From: a virus
Virus record (IMG/VR): IMGVR_UViG_3300025858_000008
Direction: 5' to 3' (one strand)
DNA length: 34,652 nucleotides
Position numbers and translations under genes: made by a program. The notes beneath the pieces are model-generated. The model ran no database searches, was not told the origin of the DNA, and saw only the letters and a list, made by a program, of their open reading frames with translations. Shown piece by piece: positions 16,248 to 25,227 of the stretch. Numbering within the stretch: the first letter of the stretch is position 1; each line of letters begins with the position of its first letter.

Positions 16248-16712
16248 TTAGATTGTTACCAGGTAGGCTTCGATCTTGTCAGCTGATTCGTCAGCAGAGC
16301 AAGCAATATTCAAGTCCATGAACTTGTACGTTGACGCCAAGTAGTTGGGTATCAGGATTTCCACCATGCGAACACCAGCAGCCCAAGTGCTATCATCAGG
16401 ATAATCCTTGGTGGTAGCCGAGCCAGCGGTATTGTTCAGGGTGACGTCGCCTTCTTTCAGCTCTATAGTGCCAACACCTCGAACCGTACAGGTAGTGGCG
16501 GTTGTTCCGAACAGCGGGGTAAACCGGATAGTAGCTGCACTGGTCAACTCGTTTGTAACGCTCGATGCACAGATCACAATCTTTAGTTGACCTGATTTAA
16601 CAGCGTTCAGAGTAACGGTGTTTGTGGCTGCAAGGTTAGTGGCATTCGGGAGAGCGAGGTCTTCACATATGATCTGGTCATAAGCAAAGCCGTATTTGTT
16701 ATAGCGTGCCAT
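16248..16712 (-). CDS. Hypothetical capsid-associated protein, possibly a decoration protein
   Basis: Immediately downstream of the major capsid gene. Ser/Thr-rich sequence that looks beta-rich. Confidence 0.4.
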   Translation of the reverse strand: MARYNKYGFAYDQIICEDLALPNATNLAATNTVTLNAVKSGQLKIVICASSVTNELTSAATIRFTPLFGTTATTCTVRGVGTIELKEGDVTLNNTAGSATTKDYPDDSTWAAGVRMVEILIPNYLASTYKFMDLNIACSADESADKIEAYLVTI

Positions 16713-16723
16713 TATCTACCCCC

Positions 16724-17689
16724 TTAATCCAAAACCGTAGTTTCGCTTGACACCAGATTTTGGTCAAGACTGAAATCAGCCATGCCATTCCAAGAAAGCA
16801 CCTGGACATTGTAATCAGTGTCGCTGGGCGCAAGTTTCAAAGCAGTGTTTTTCAAATTCCAGATCATGGAACGAACCTTGTTGTTGCCATACAGGTAGAT
16901 TTTTCCGGATCCGGTATCAACCGCATCGATCAGGTCGTTGATCTGGGTCACCGTGGGTACGTGAGTTGCGTCAATCTGAGTAATGGCAGCCACGGAAGTT
17001 TTGCTGGGAATAATCAGAGCCAGGAATGCGTCAACCAGCCACTTATAGTCCAGCGTTTCCGCTCCGGTGGTGGTATTAACAACAGTAGTGGTGGGGGCGG
17101 CAGGGGTCAAGTCTCTGATATTAATCAGATTATCGCCTGCACCTATACGGATTGACGCACCGTCATTCTCTTCCCAACGAACCGCAAAGAGAGTATTGCG
17201 GCTGCCAGTCGTTCCACCAAGCTGTGCTGTTACGTTGCCAAGTGCTTTTGCATACTGATGCAATCCCAAGAATCCGTTTGTGCTGCCAAAGGTGGGGTCT
17301 GTGCCATAGAAGCATTGTTTGGCAAGGGATTGGCCAAAACCAGCAGTAATGCCAGGCATGTTGGCAGCCACCCAGCCATTTTTCCCACCTGGGTTTTCCT
17401 CGACATCTTTGTAATCCGCTTTGGGATAAATTACTGCATTCCACAGATCAATAGCAGCTTTGTCCTTGCTGATCGTGGTCGGTACTACCGATCCGCCGAT
17501 GCTGCGAAAGGTCGCAGTTGGCAGTTCAGTAAACCATTTGTATTTGTGCTTAAAGCCATCACTGGCTTTCCGAATTAGCGCAGTCTGGAGAAATCCAGAA
17601 CGCTTTAGCAAATCTGCCAAGATGAGCGGGCTTTGTTTAACGTTCCACTCAACGGCCAGATTTTGAATTTGTGCAAGTGTAAGAGCCAT
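16724..17689 (-). CDS. Major capsid protein
   Basis: 321-aa ORF directly after the scaffold gene. Size and position are typical of HK97-fold capsid proteins. Confidence 0.7.
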   Translation of the reverse strand: MALTLAQIQNLAVEWNVKQSPLILADLLKRSGFLQTALIRKASDGFKHKYKWFTELPTATFRSIGGSVVPTTISKDKAAIDLWNAVIYPKADYKDVEENPGGKNGWVAANMPGITAGFGQSLAKQCFYGTDPTFGSTNGFLGLHQYAKALGNVTAQLGGTTGSRNTLFAVRWEENDGASIRIGAGDNLINIRDLTPAAPTTTVVNTTTGAETLDYKWLVDAFLALIIPSKTSVAAITQIDATHVPTVTQINDLIDAVDTGSGKIYLYGNNKVRSMIWNLKNTALKLAPSDTDYNVQVLSWNGMADFSLDQNLVSSETTVLD

Positions 17690-17701
17690 TTAGTTTTCCT
17701 T

Positions 17702-18313
17702 TTATTTCGTTTTTATTTCGGCAATGTATGCTTGGCCTGAATTGCCAGGCATAGGGTTGCCATTCCCAGCAGGAGGGTTTCCACCAGCCGGAGTTTGTTC
17801 ACTGGTAAAGTAATTGGTAGATTCCAGCAGTTCATACGTTTCCAGATTCCTCTTTACAACGTCAATAGGCAGATCAGAATTGGCTTCGGGAAAGACAAAC
17901 CTGCCTTTCACCTTTTCGATTTTATCGAATATCTTGCTTGACTTGTCCACAGATAAAACCTTTGCTTTATCCGCCCATTGGTCTCTGAGCTTATTTTCTG
18001 CTTCGGTTTGTAGCTGCTGGAATTGGGTTTCGATCCCCTGTAATCGCTTCAATTCTGCATCGTTCTTTGGATCTTTTCCTTTTTCAATTTCAGCTTGGAG
18101 ATCGGTGGTCTTTGCTCTTAGCTTGTCATTATCAGATTGAAGCTCCTGAACCCGCTCACGGCGTTCAGCGCTTTCCCTTCTGGTGTCGGCAAGCTGCGTG
18201 TATAGTTTTTCATCTTCAGCTATTCCCTCAGAAATATCTGATTCAATTTTAGCAAGCTCCTCTGAGCTTATCTTGGTCTTGATCCTCTCAAAGATCGTTT
18301 TAATCTTTCCCAT
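17702..18313 (-). CDS. Scaffolding protein
   Basis: Highly charged coiled-coil sequence (E/K/Q-rich) located between the portal/MuF genes and the capsid gene. Confidence 0.7.
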   Translation of the reverse strand: MGKIKTIFERIKTKISSEELAKIESDISEGIAEDEKLYTQLADTRRESAERRERVQELQSDNDKLRAKTTDLQAEIEKGKDPKNDAELKRLQGIETQFQQLQTEAENKLRDQWADKAKVLSVDKSSKIFDKIEKVKGRFVFPEANSDLPIDVVKRNLETYELLESTNYFTSEQTPAGGNPPAGNGNPMPGNSGQAYIAEIKTK

Positions 18314-18331
18314 GTTATTAATTCCTTTTCA

Positions 18332-18655
18332 TTATGTTAGTTCTGCATATTTCCAATTTGATTCAGCTGCCGTGCTTTCACCAACTGAAATCCATAGTTT
18401 TGATGCTTCGTAACGTATTGCACCCGATACGCCTGCTGTGCCGTTTACGCCACTTGCAATGTCGGCTGTGATGGTGCTTCCTTTGCTGGTGGAGTCGTAA
18501 TTCCCAACCTGAGCTTGCAAGGTGGTAAGCTCTGATTGCTCCTCTGTAGAGTATTTGTTGTTAAGTTCTTCAATGGTGCGGTATTCAGGCTTATTCCCAC
18601 CCTGAGGCCGGATAATCGTAATCAGATCATCATTGTTAATTGGTCTATCTGCCAT
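18332..18655 (-). CDS. Hypothetical head-module protein
   Basis: Codirectional ORF that overlaps the upstream gene by 11 nt. Confidence 0.45.
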   Translation of the reverse strand: MADRPINNDDLITIIRPQGGNKPEYRTIEELNNKYSTEEQSELTTLQAQVGNYDSTSKGSTITADIASGVNGTAGVSGAIRYEASKLWISVGESTAAESNWKYAELT

Positions 18656-19391
18656 TGTTGTTTACCTCATAATCTTGTTTTGATATTTGTTCAAAAGTAT
18701 GTCTGCAATTCCAAGCCCGTTCCTCTGCGGTGGCAAGTTCAAAATCTATCCGCTCCTCATTTGTAAAATACCTTTTCGCCATGCCCTCAATGCAAGCGTC
18801 CCGCATCCGATCATCTTCCGGGCCAACGTACTCCCAAAACAACTCGCCGTCATAATTCTTTGCTGCCTCATCTTGCACTTGCTGGATAAACTGCGCTCTG
18901 CTGGTAATGGCATAGGTTCGTGCATAACGTTTGAAACCGCTTTCTAATCTATCGTAAATGGTCTGAATAAACACATCTTCGCTAACTCCGGTAAGTGCAA
19001 AGTGCATAAGCTCTTGATGTAATGACCGGGCAAAGCCTTCCTGAATGTCCTCAAACTGGGCAAGCTCCATATTGCGAAAAGCGTTAAACACTTCGGTTGA
19101 TGTTTTGCTGAATGATGTAGGCAGCCCATTAGCGCCACGAATTGACCTGATTTCAGCTATTAAGTCCTTGTCCTGTGCAAGTAGCTTGGCAACCAGTTCT
19201 TGATAGCCTGAGTTATTGAGGGCGTCAATCAAGCCATTGTATAGGTCAGGCGCAAACTTAATCCGCTCTTCCGCATTGAGACTGAATAGATAGCCAGACT
19301 TGGCATTCTTGATGATGAGAGTTTGCAAGCGTTTTACCACTGTTTCAAGCTCTGCTTCGAATGCGTTGGTCTGTTTTAGGGCGGTGTTCAT
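18645..19391 (-). CDS. Head morphogenesis / minor capsid protein (Mu F / SPP1 gp7-like)
   Basis: Follows the portal gene. The C-terminal ...DACIEG...WNCRHTF resembles the MuF-domain signature. Confidence 0.6.
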   Translation of the reverse strand: MNTALKQTNAFEAELETVVKRLQTLIIKNAKSGYLFSLNAEERIKFAPDLYNGLIDALNNSGYQELVAKLLAQDKDLIAEIRSIRGANGLPTSFSKTSTEVFNAFRNMELAQFEDIQEGFARSLHQELMHFALTGVSEDVFIQTIYDRLESGFKRYARTYAITSRAQFIQQVQDEAAKNYDGELFWEYVGPEDDRMRDACIEGMAKRYFTNEERIDFELATAEERAWNCRHTFEQISKQDYEVNNNGR

Positions 19392-20788
19392 TGTATGCTT
19401 TCAGCCCCCAAATCTGTAGCGGTTATCGGTGCAATCAGTCCAGTTATTTCCCTTTGTTCCTGCTTTATACGCTTAGCTTCGGCAATGGCTTCCTCTTGGC
19501 TGAGATCGGGATTGTTTTCTCGCAAGGCGTCAGCTAACGACATTAAGCCGGCATTGATTTTCATTATCTGCAAAGTTGCCGTTTCCTGTGGATTATTCAG
19601 AGCAGGACGGCTCATGTAATTGAAATAGATGTCCACATCATCAGGAATGCGAATGCTGTCATTTTCTGCTGAGTAGCACTGAGCCATGAAACGCAGATAC
19701 TTCATAACAGAAGGACGGTAAATAACCTTTTTCAGCTCGTTATTTTCCTCATTTTGCTGCTGAGTCAATCGAAGCTGGTAGCCGGAACTTATATTGCTTG
19801 CGTCTTGGTTGAAAGCATCAGCACTAAGCCCGCCTTCTTTGGCTATGCTGATTTTCTTGTTTTGGATAATGCCAGCCACCTCGGCAAGCTTAGCATCGGG
19901 TGTGATGTAATACGCAGCGGGTGTAATCTTATCAAGCTCGTTAGCGGGCAGATCAATACGTCTGGTTACGCCTGTTATCACGTCCTTAGTTGATCCAAGC
20001 CCCAGCGTAATCATGGTGCTGAATGACTGATGGTCAAGAGCCAAGTCAAGATTTGATTCACGCAGATTGACATTTATATTGCCTTCGATAAGCGGATAAC
20101 CACGGTCAACCCAAAAGCTGTCAACCTCAATGTCAGGAGAGAGCCAGACAACGGGTATCTCCCCGTAGATGTTGGGGATCGGCTCTTTAACGGTCTTGAT
20201 TTCTTTAAACTCGTTGTTGAGTTCCACCTCTGAATAGCTTTCCCGTGTCCACTTGCCATAGACATTGACGGGAGTTGCCAGCCTGGGATCGGTATCTTTC
20301 CCTATTAGATAATATACCTCGACAGCCTTTGTTGGGTCTTGGGGGTCAGTAACAACGAAGGTCTTGTCAGGTGTCAGGATATCTACCACAACCCGCTTAT
20401 CGGTTGAATGCCAGTGCAAAGTCAAGCCAACCTTTCCGGTAAGCTCGGCCATGCGGTCAGCAGCGATCAGCTTCTTGTGCAGCTCTGATTTTTCCAGCAG
20501 GTCTTTGAAAGTGTTGATGAGTGCTTCGTTTTCAGTGTCAAGTTCGATCTCAGGCGGTGCAACGAATAGGATTGACTTCTGGTTGATTACGCCTTTCGTA
20601 AGATCAGAGCAGGAAATGTATTTGTCAATATCCTTCCAGGTCTGAGGGTACAGATAGGCAACCACATTTTGCATATGTTCATATTGACGGCCATTGTAAA
20701 AATCAATCGCCACGGCTGCGGAGCGCATGCGCATTATTTCGTCATTTACTCTTGCCGCTATCTGCTTTTCTGCTACTAAGTTAATCAT
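19388..20788 (-). CDS. Portal protein
   Basis: 466-aa ORF directly after terL, overlapping it by 4 nt. Confidence 0.75.
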   Translation of the reverse strand: MINLVAEKQIAARVNDEIMRMRSAAVAIDFYNGRQYEHMQNVVAYLYPQTWKDIDKYISCSDLTKGVINQKSILFVAPPEIELDTENEALINTFKDLLEKSELHKKLIAADRMAELTGKVGLTLHWHSTDKRVVVDILTPDKTFVVTDPQDPTKAVEVYYLIGKDTDPRLATPVNVYGKWTRESYSEVELNNEFKEIKTVKEPIPNIYGEIPVVWLSPDIEVDSFWVDRGYPLIEGNINVNLRESNLDLALDHQSFSTMITLGLGSTKDVITGVTRRIDLPANELDKITPAAYYITPDAKLAEVAGIIQNKKISIAKEGGLSADAFNQDASNISSGYQLRLTQQQNEENNELKKVIYRPSVMKYLRFMAQCYSAENDSIRIPDDVDIYFNYMSRPALNNPQETATLQIMKINAGLMSLADALRENNPDLSQEEAIAEAKRIKQEQREITGLIAPITATDLGAESIQ

Positions 20789-22083
20789 ATCTCTTTGCCT
20801 ACTACTGGTTTGAATATCAGGTGTTTGAAGTCTTGAAATACATCGTAAGTAACAGCATCCAGAATATGGGTGCGGTCTTCGTCTTCCTTTTTCAGTTCGC
20901 CATAATCGTCAGTTACGCACATTTCCATATCCTCGATTAAGTGAGTGCAATTCTTGGTGACCTTCCAAAGCCCCTTTTGGAAAGCTATATTGGCAACCTT
21001 GATTCTACTGGAAACAGGCGGGTTTGACGTTCCGATAATCTGGCAGCCGTATTTACGCAGGATAGTGATGTCGGTAATGTTTGACTGTGTTTTACGTGCC
21101 ACCCCGGTCATATCCGGTGCAATGGCAATAGTGTATATCTTAGGCACGTCTTTGTCTATATTCTGCTGATACCACAGATTGGGATAGCACTGCAATAGCA
21201 GCATCATTGCCTTGTCAGTAAACGAAGCATAGCCATCAGCACCGCCAGCATTGCGAATGTAAAGCTCGTCAAAAGTGATCTTATTCCCGTCTTTGTCCAT
21301 GTAGCTGATAGTCAAGCAGAACGGGTCAACATTAAAGTCCATGCCTACGGTCAAGTTATGAGGTATCGCTTCGGGTGCTATGGGTGCAATAAGCAATTCC
21401 TCTCTGTAGTTATACATGGCACGTAAGCCCGCCAGGTTGACATATTGCCCTTTGATATACATCTGGATGTGTGCTTCATCATAACAATCATACATATCCC
21501 GAATGAAGCTCTCAGGAAGGGATTTGTTATCTTCTGTGCTTGCAGTGATCTGCTTTATCTTGCCGGACTTGAATAGCTTGTAAACCAGTTTATGCCCTTC
21601 CGGGGTGGTAGTGATGGATAGAGTGCCGTCCTTAGCACCCCTGAGCCTTGCCAATGCCCTTGTCCAGATAGGTTCTTGCCTTTCTACAGAGATCACATCA
21701 AACTCGTCAAGGATGCCATCAGTAGCGGTAAAGCCGATCAGATTCTTGTATTTCTCCAGCGAGATCAGCTTGATAGTGCCTTTTAGTTCCGGGGTGTCGA
21801 TCAGGATAGAGTGATGCTGCTTATCCTCATGGTATTTGATGCCATATTTATCGAGGGTGTCGATTAGTTCCAGATAGTAGGTCGAATAGATAAGATCGTA
21901 AGTAGGTGCAGCATAGAATATAAACGCCTTGCCATGCCTCTTTTCCAATAGGTAAAGGGTGCGCATTACGTTTGCAAAGGTTTTGCCAGAGCCGTATCCA
22001 GCTACGATCGCTGGACGTGGGTGTTCAGACTGCACATATTCAGTCTGATGCGCATAAAGCCCGATAATAGCACGGACTTTCAT
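20785..22083 (-). CDS. terL: Terminase large subunit
   Basis: Walker A motif AGYGSGKT near the N-terminus. ATG 22083 forms an ATGA overlap with the terS stop; the track start at 22095 is GTG. Confidence 0.85.
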   Translation of the reverse strand: MKVRAIIGLYAHQTEYVQSEHPRPAIVAGYGSGKTFANVMRTLYLLEKRHGKAFIFYAAPTYDLIYSTYYLELIDTLDKYGIKYHEDKQHHSILIDTPELKGTIKLISLEKYKNLIGFTATDGILDEFDVISVERQEPIWTRALARLRGAKDGTLSITTTPEGHKLVYKLFKSGKIKQITASTEDNKSLPESFIRDMYDCYDEAHIQMYIKGQYVNLAGLRAMYNYREELLIAPIAPEAIPHNLTVGMDFNVDPFCLTISYMDKDGNKITFDELYIRNAGGADGYASFTDKAMMLLLQCYPNLWYQQNIDKDVPKIYTIAIAPDMTGVARKTQSNITDITILRKYGCQIIGTSNPPVSSRIKVANIAFQKGLWKVTKNCTHLIEDMEMCVTDDYGELKKEDEDRTHILDAVTYDVFQDFKHLIFKPVVGKEI

Positions 22084-22469
22084 ATCTTTTCCCACTTAAA
22101 GCCTACGGCTTCGGGGGTGGTATCATCCTGCACGTGATCGGGGCGGTTATAACCTCTGCGCTTGCCCATGTTGTTAAGATAATAGAATATCGCTTGCAGC
22201 TCGTCCCGCTTGATAGCTTGTAGCAGCTTGCTTTCGGCAAAGTCAAGAGACATTTCAAATATGTCCTTGACCGCTTGGGCGTATTCCTCATCTTCCTTGA
22301 TCCAGTTGTAATGTTGACACCTGCTCACGTTTGCGGATTTAGCTGCTGTGGTTACGATCCCCATAGCGTTCTCCAGAGCTTTCAGCATATTAGCCTTGCG
22401 CTTTGCGGTGTGCTCTGCCGTCAGTTCCGGGGTTTCGATTTTTTTAGGTGTCAATTTCGTCTTAGGCAT
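22080..22469 (-). CDS. terS: Terminase small subunit (HTH-containing)
   Basis: Small basic protein upstream of and overlapping terL. ATG 22469 gives MPKTKLTPKK; the track start at 22517 is GTG and lies inside a hairpin. Confidence 0.6.
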   Translation of the reverse strand: MPKTKLTPKKIETPELTAEHTAKRKANMLKALENAMGIVTTAAKSANVSRCQHYNWIKEDEEYAQAVKDIFEMSLDFAESKLLQAIKRDELQAIFYYLNNMGKRRGYNRPDHVQDDTTPEAVGFKWEKI

Positions 22470-22481
22470 TAGAATCCAAAT

Positions 22482-22505
22482 CAGGGGAGGGTAGAGCCTC
22501 CCCTG
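22482..22505 (-). promoter_or_regulatory. Perfect 9-bp GC-rich hairpin between the ParB-MTase gene and terS. Could be a terminator, an antitermination target or a packaging-related structure.
   Basis: caggggagg-gtagag-cctcccctg, 13 nt upstream of the terS ATG. Confidence 0.5.
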
Positions 22506-22546
22506 GAATCTGATCACTTACCCTTTGCTTTACCAAGGTAGACACT

Positions 22547-23734
22547 CTATGAGACTTTTTGTATTTCGCCATTTATTTTAATCTCAAGGTCAGGATCAAG
22601 CTTCCGCATTCGGTCAATAACGATCTGGCAATAAGTAGGCTCAATCTCCATGCCATAGCACTTTCTGCCGAGCTGGTGCGCTGCGACCATTGTGGTCCCT
22701 GAGCCAATGAACGGATCATAAACAGTTTTGGCAGTGTGATTTCTAATGGGCTTTGCCATGCATTCTACAGGTTTTTGGGTGCTATGCCCAGTTTCATTTT
22801 TCATGTTTTTGTCAATATCCCATACGGTGGTTTCTGTTCTTGATCCTGCCCATAGGTGGTTTTTGCCAGATTTAACACAATACCAAATTGGCTCGTGCTT
22901 ATGGTGATAATTGCCCATTCCAATAACAAGGCTGTTTTTATTCCAAATTATAAGGTTTATTGGATCATACCCTGCATCGATAAGATTTTGTAAAACCTCG
23001 CCAGTTTTAACGCCAGCATGATACACATACGCTACTTGAGATTGAGAAAGTTCATAGGCCGTTGTCCATGTTGCGTTATTGTCGTTAGTAACCTTCCCTG
23101 TCGCAGTGCCTTTTTTACTTAGGCCAGCTCCCACTCTCCACTCAGCATCATAATTAACTCCGTAAGGTGGGTCTGTAACCATTATTTCAGCAATGGCATT
23201 GTCCATTAGCTTGTCCACGTCATCTTTTTTGGTGCTATCTCCACACATCAGCCTGTGAATTTCTTTGCCGTCTTTCATAAGCGAATATATGTCGCCATAT
23301 TGGATGTCTGTTGTGATCTGCTCTGGCTCTTCGTAATCATCATCTTGCACTTCAGCAGTATCGCCTGCATGTATCTCAGGTATCTCAATCCCCATCTCTG
23401 CAAAGTCGAATTCTGCAAAGTCAGCTTCCAGAGCTTCAAAGTCCCACTCACCGAGAGGCACGTTGTCTTTAATGATAAACTCCTTCTTTTCCTCTGGTGT
23501 TAGATCGGCTGCGGATTTTACCCAGCTATCGGGTATTTCGGTCATTTTCAGGTTTTTAATGGCCTGAAGCCTCTGATTACCGCCCAGCACTTGCATAGTT
23601 TCGGGATCGTAAACGATAGGCCGCAGTTCCATCATCTTTGGAAAGTTCTGAATTGACGCAGTTAGCTTTGCCAGATGATCGGGACTGATCCGGCGTGGGT
23701 TCTTAGGATTCAGTTTAAGTTCTTTAACCTTCAT
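22547..23734 (-). CDS. ParB-like nuclease domain fused to a beta-class DNA methyltransferase (DPPY)
   Basis: N-terminal LKLNPKNPRRI...LGGNQRL (ParB/Srx-like), then TDPPYG and DPFIGSGTT. ATG 23734 is preferred because the track start at 23806 is TTG. Confidence 0.85.
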   Translation of the reverse strand: MKVKELKLNPKNPRRISPDHLAKLTASIQNFPKMMELRPIVYDPETMQVLGGNQRLQAIKNLKMTEIPDSWVKSAADLTPEEKKEFIIKDNVPLGEWDFEALEADFAEFDFAEMGIEIPEIHAGDTAEVQDDDYEEPEQITTDIQYGDIYSLMKDGKEIHRLMCGDSTKKDDVDKLMDNAIAEIMVTDPPYGVNYDAEWRVGAGLSKKGTATGKVTNDNNATWTTAYELSQSQVAYVYHAGVKTGEVLQNLIDAGYDPINLIIWNKNSLVIGMGNYHHKHEPIWYCVKSGKNHLWAGSRTETTVWDIDKNMKNETGHSTQKPVECMAKPIRNHTAKTVYDPFIGSGTTMVAAHQLGRKCYGMEIEPTYCQIVIDRMRKLDPDLEIKINGEIQKVS

Positions 23735-23763
23735 GAGACACAAACTAATTAGACTTGAAATGT

Positions 23764-23769
23764 TGTCAA
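23764..23769 (-). promoter_or_regulatory. Candidate -35 box (CTTGACA on the minus strand) for the ParB-MTase/late arm
   Basis: cCTTGACAacatttcaagtctaattagTTTGTGTctcATG. The TTTGTGT element is shared with P0 and P3. Confidence 0.3.
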
Positions 23770-23835
23770 GGGATAATCCTGTTTTTGGAAAATCGGGAGC
23801 GCACAATATATATCATCTTTACGAATGTAAAGTGA

Positions 23836-23929
23836 TAGATTAGATTCTATTTAATTTAATTAGATTAGATTTAATTGTCAAGACAACTAAAGACAACCTA
23901 AGTCCACTTAAGTGCACCTAAGTCCACTT
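23836..23929. repeat. Iteron / operator array in the divergent control region
   Basis: TAGATTAGATT x2 (23836 and 23861). AGACAAC x2 spaced 10 bp (23881 and 23891). ACCTAAGTCCACTT x2 spaced exactly 20 bp (23896 and 23916). Palindrome CACTTAAGTG at 23905..23914. Confidence 0.7.
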
Positions 23930-23984
23930 GCTTTTTATTTTATCTGATTTACAACACCATTAGATTATTTTTTACAATACATGC

Positions 23985-24030
23985 AGATTTTCCTTGACAG
24001 ATTTTGGGGCTGTGTTTTTGTGTCTTCGAA
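23985..24030 (+). promoter_or_regulatory. Candidate early promoter P3 (CTTGACA, -35 hexamer at 23994..23999)
   Basis: tccTTGACAgattttggggctgtgtTTTTGTGTctt, followed by an AAGGAG SD and ATG 24053. Confidence 0.4.
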
Positions 24031-24052
24031 GTAAACATAAGGAGTTTATGAA

Positions 24053-24304
24053 ATGGACAGTAAGAAAGAAACCAAGATCGCACCGATAATTAATATCGGG
24101 GCACGAGACAATGAGAGTGAATGCGGAGGATGTCCTTATTCTGATATACACCCAGAATATGATTTCAAGTCTATCTGCACGCTATTTAGAAAGGTGCTTC
24201 CAGAGGACATAGAGCCAAATCATTTATACCGGCTGCACGAATGTATGATTAGCCAAATTCAGGAGGGTAATGATGACAATGCTAACAGTCAAGGAAATAG
24301 CTGA
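24053..24304 (+). CDS. Small acidic Cys-containing hypothetical protein, first early gene
   Basis: AAGGAG SD 8 nt upstream. 83 aa. Confidence 0.55.
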   Translation: MDSKKETKIAPIINIGARDNESECGGCPYSDIHPEYDFKSICTLFRKVLPEDIEPNHLYRLHECMISQIQEGNDDNANSQGNS

Positions 24305-24461
24305 ACTGCTCCGAATCAGTGAGCGGAAGGTTTACGAGCTTGTCTCAAATAACGAAATCCCCCACGTAAAGGTGGGGGGTTCAATCCGTTTTAATAGCGA
24401 AGTAATAAACAAATGGCTTTCTGGTGGTGATAATGGCGAAGCTGAAATATCTCCAAATTGA
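24270..24461 (+). CDS. Excisionase / MerR-type helix-turn-helix DNA-binding protein
   Basis: LTVKEIAELLRISERKVYELVSNNEIPHVKVGGSIRF matches the HTH_17-type pattern. Confidence 0.75.
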   Translation: MMTMLTVKEIAELLRISERKVYELVSNNEIPHVKVGGSIRFNSEVINKWLSGGDNGEAEISPN

Positions 24462-25227
24462 CTCCGACATTCTCGGTAATAACAAGATAAGTGTAATGCT
24501 AAGACGACTTGGGGTAAAGGGTCTTGGTGTCTATATGTATTACTTGATTGGCATGGCGCAAGCCACAGAGGATAAGCCGTCAAGTATTGAGGTAAGCGAC
24601 ATATTTAATGAGTGTGCGTCCTGCCTTCTGGATATTAGCAAAGAGGAATTTGTAAGTATCACCAATGAGCTTATTAAGATAACTTTGCTATCTGTAAATG
24701 ATGACTCAAGGATATATTCAGAAGGGTTTAATAAGCGTACCGGAAAACTTCTTGCTTCCAATAAACAAAGAGGCGAAACCCTTAGCAAGACCAGGCATGC
24801 AGAATCACAATCATCAGATAGTGTTGTGTTTGCTAAAGCAAATGATGAAGCAAAACCGCAAGCAACTTCTAAAGCAAATCCACCCAAGCCAGTTGTAAAG
24901 GATTCTTTATTACCTGAATCCGATCAGATCACCCGGCTGCGTGGCTATGCTCAGGCGATCTTTGACGAGCTTGGGAGCAGCAAAAACAAGCCGGAGCTAA
25001 CCACCGAGCAATATCAAAAGCTCATTGACAAGTGGGGATTTGATAAGCTGGTAGTAATGCAAAGGGCTTTTTATGACCATGTTTCCAAACTGGATAAGAA
25101 GTATAGCTACAATCACTTTAACGTCTTGATTAAAGGCGGGTGGGTGCTTGATAAGGTAGAACAAAAGTCCAAAGATACCGGCAAGGTTGACCGGTTGAAT
25201 CCTTCCGGGAGGTTCTTAGATGATTAG
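24433..25227 (+). CDS. Replisome organizer / DnaD-like replication initiation protein
   Basis: The N-terminus KYLQIDSDILGNNKISVMLRRLGVKGLGVYMYYL resembles the phage replisome-organizer N-domain. It sits next to a DnaC-like loader gene. Confidence 0.55.
   Translation: MAKLKYLQIDSDILGNNKISVMLRRLGVKGLGVYMYYLIGMAQATEDKPSSIEVSDIFNECASCLLDISKEEFVSITNELIKITLLSVNDDSRIYSEGFNKRTGKLLASNKQRGETLSKTRHAESQSSDSVVFAKANDEAKPQATSKANPPKPVVKDSLLPESDQITRLRGYAQAIFDELGSSKNKPELTTEQYQKLIDKWGFDKLVVMQRAFYDHVSKLDKKYSYNHFNVLIKGGWVLDKVEQKSKDTGKVDRLNPSGRFLDD

Noticed and set aside
1805-23909. The half-sites CCTAAG and AAGACA occur both in the duplicated gene start (cctaagcaagacatcc) and, in swapped order, in the control-region iterons (aagacaacctaagtcc).
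   Set aside because: Hexamers of this kind are expected many times by chance in 34.5 kb. The order and spacing differ, and there is no further extended identity.
24833-24879. Direct repeat CTAAAGCAAAT x2, 36 bp apart, inside the replisome-organizer gene; possibly an internal origin like lambda ori within O.
   Set aside because: There are only two short copies, and they encode a repeated AKAN/SKAN peptide in a low-complexity linker. The far richer iteron array at 23836..23929 is a better origin candidate.
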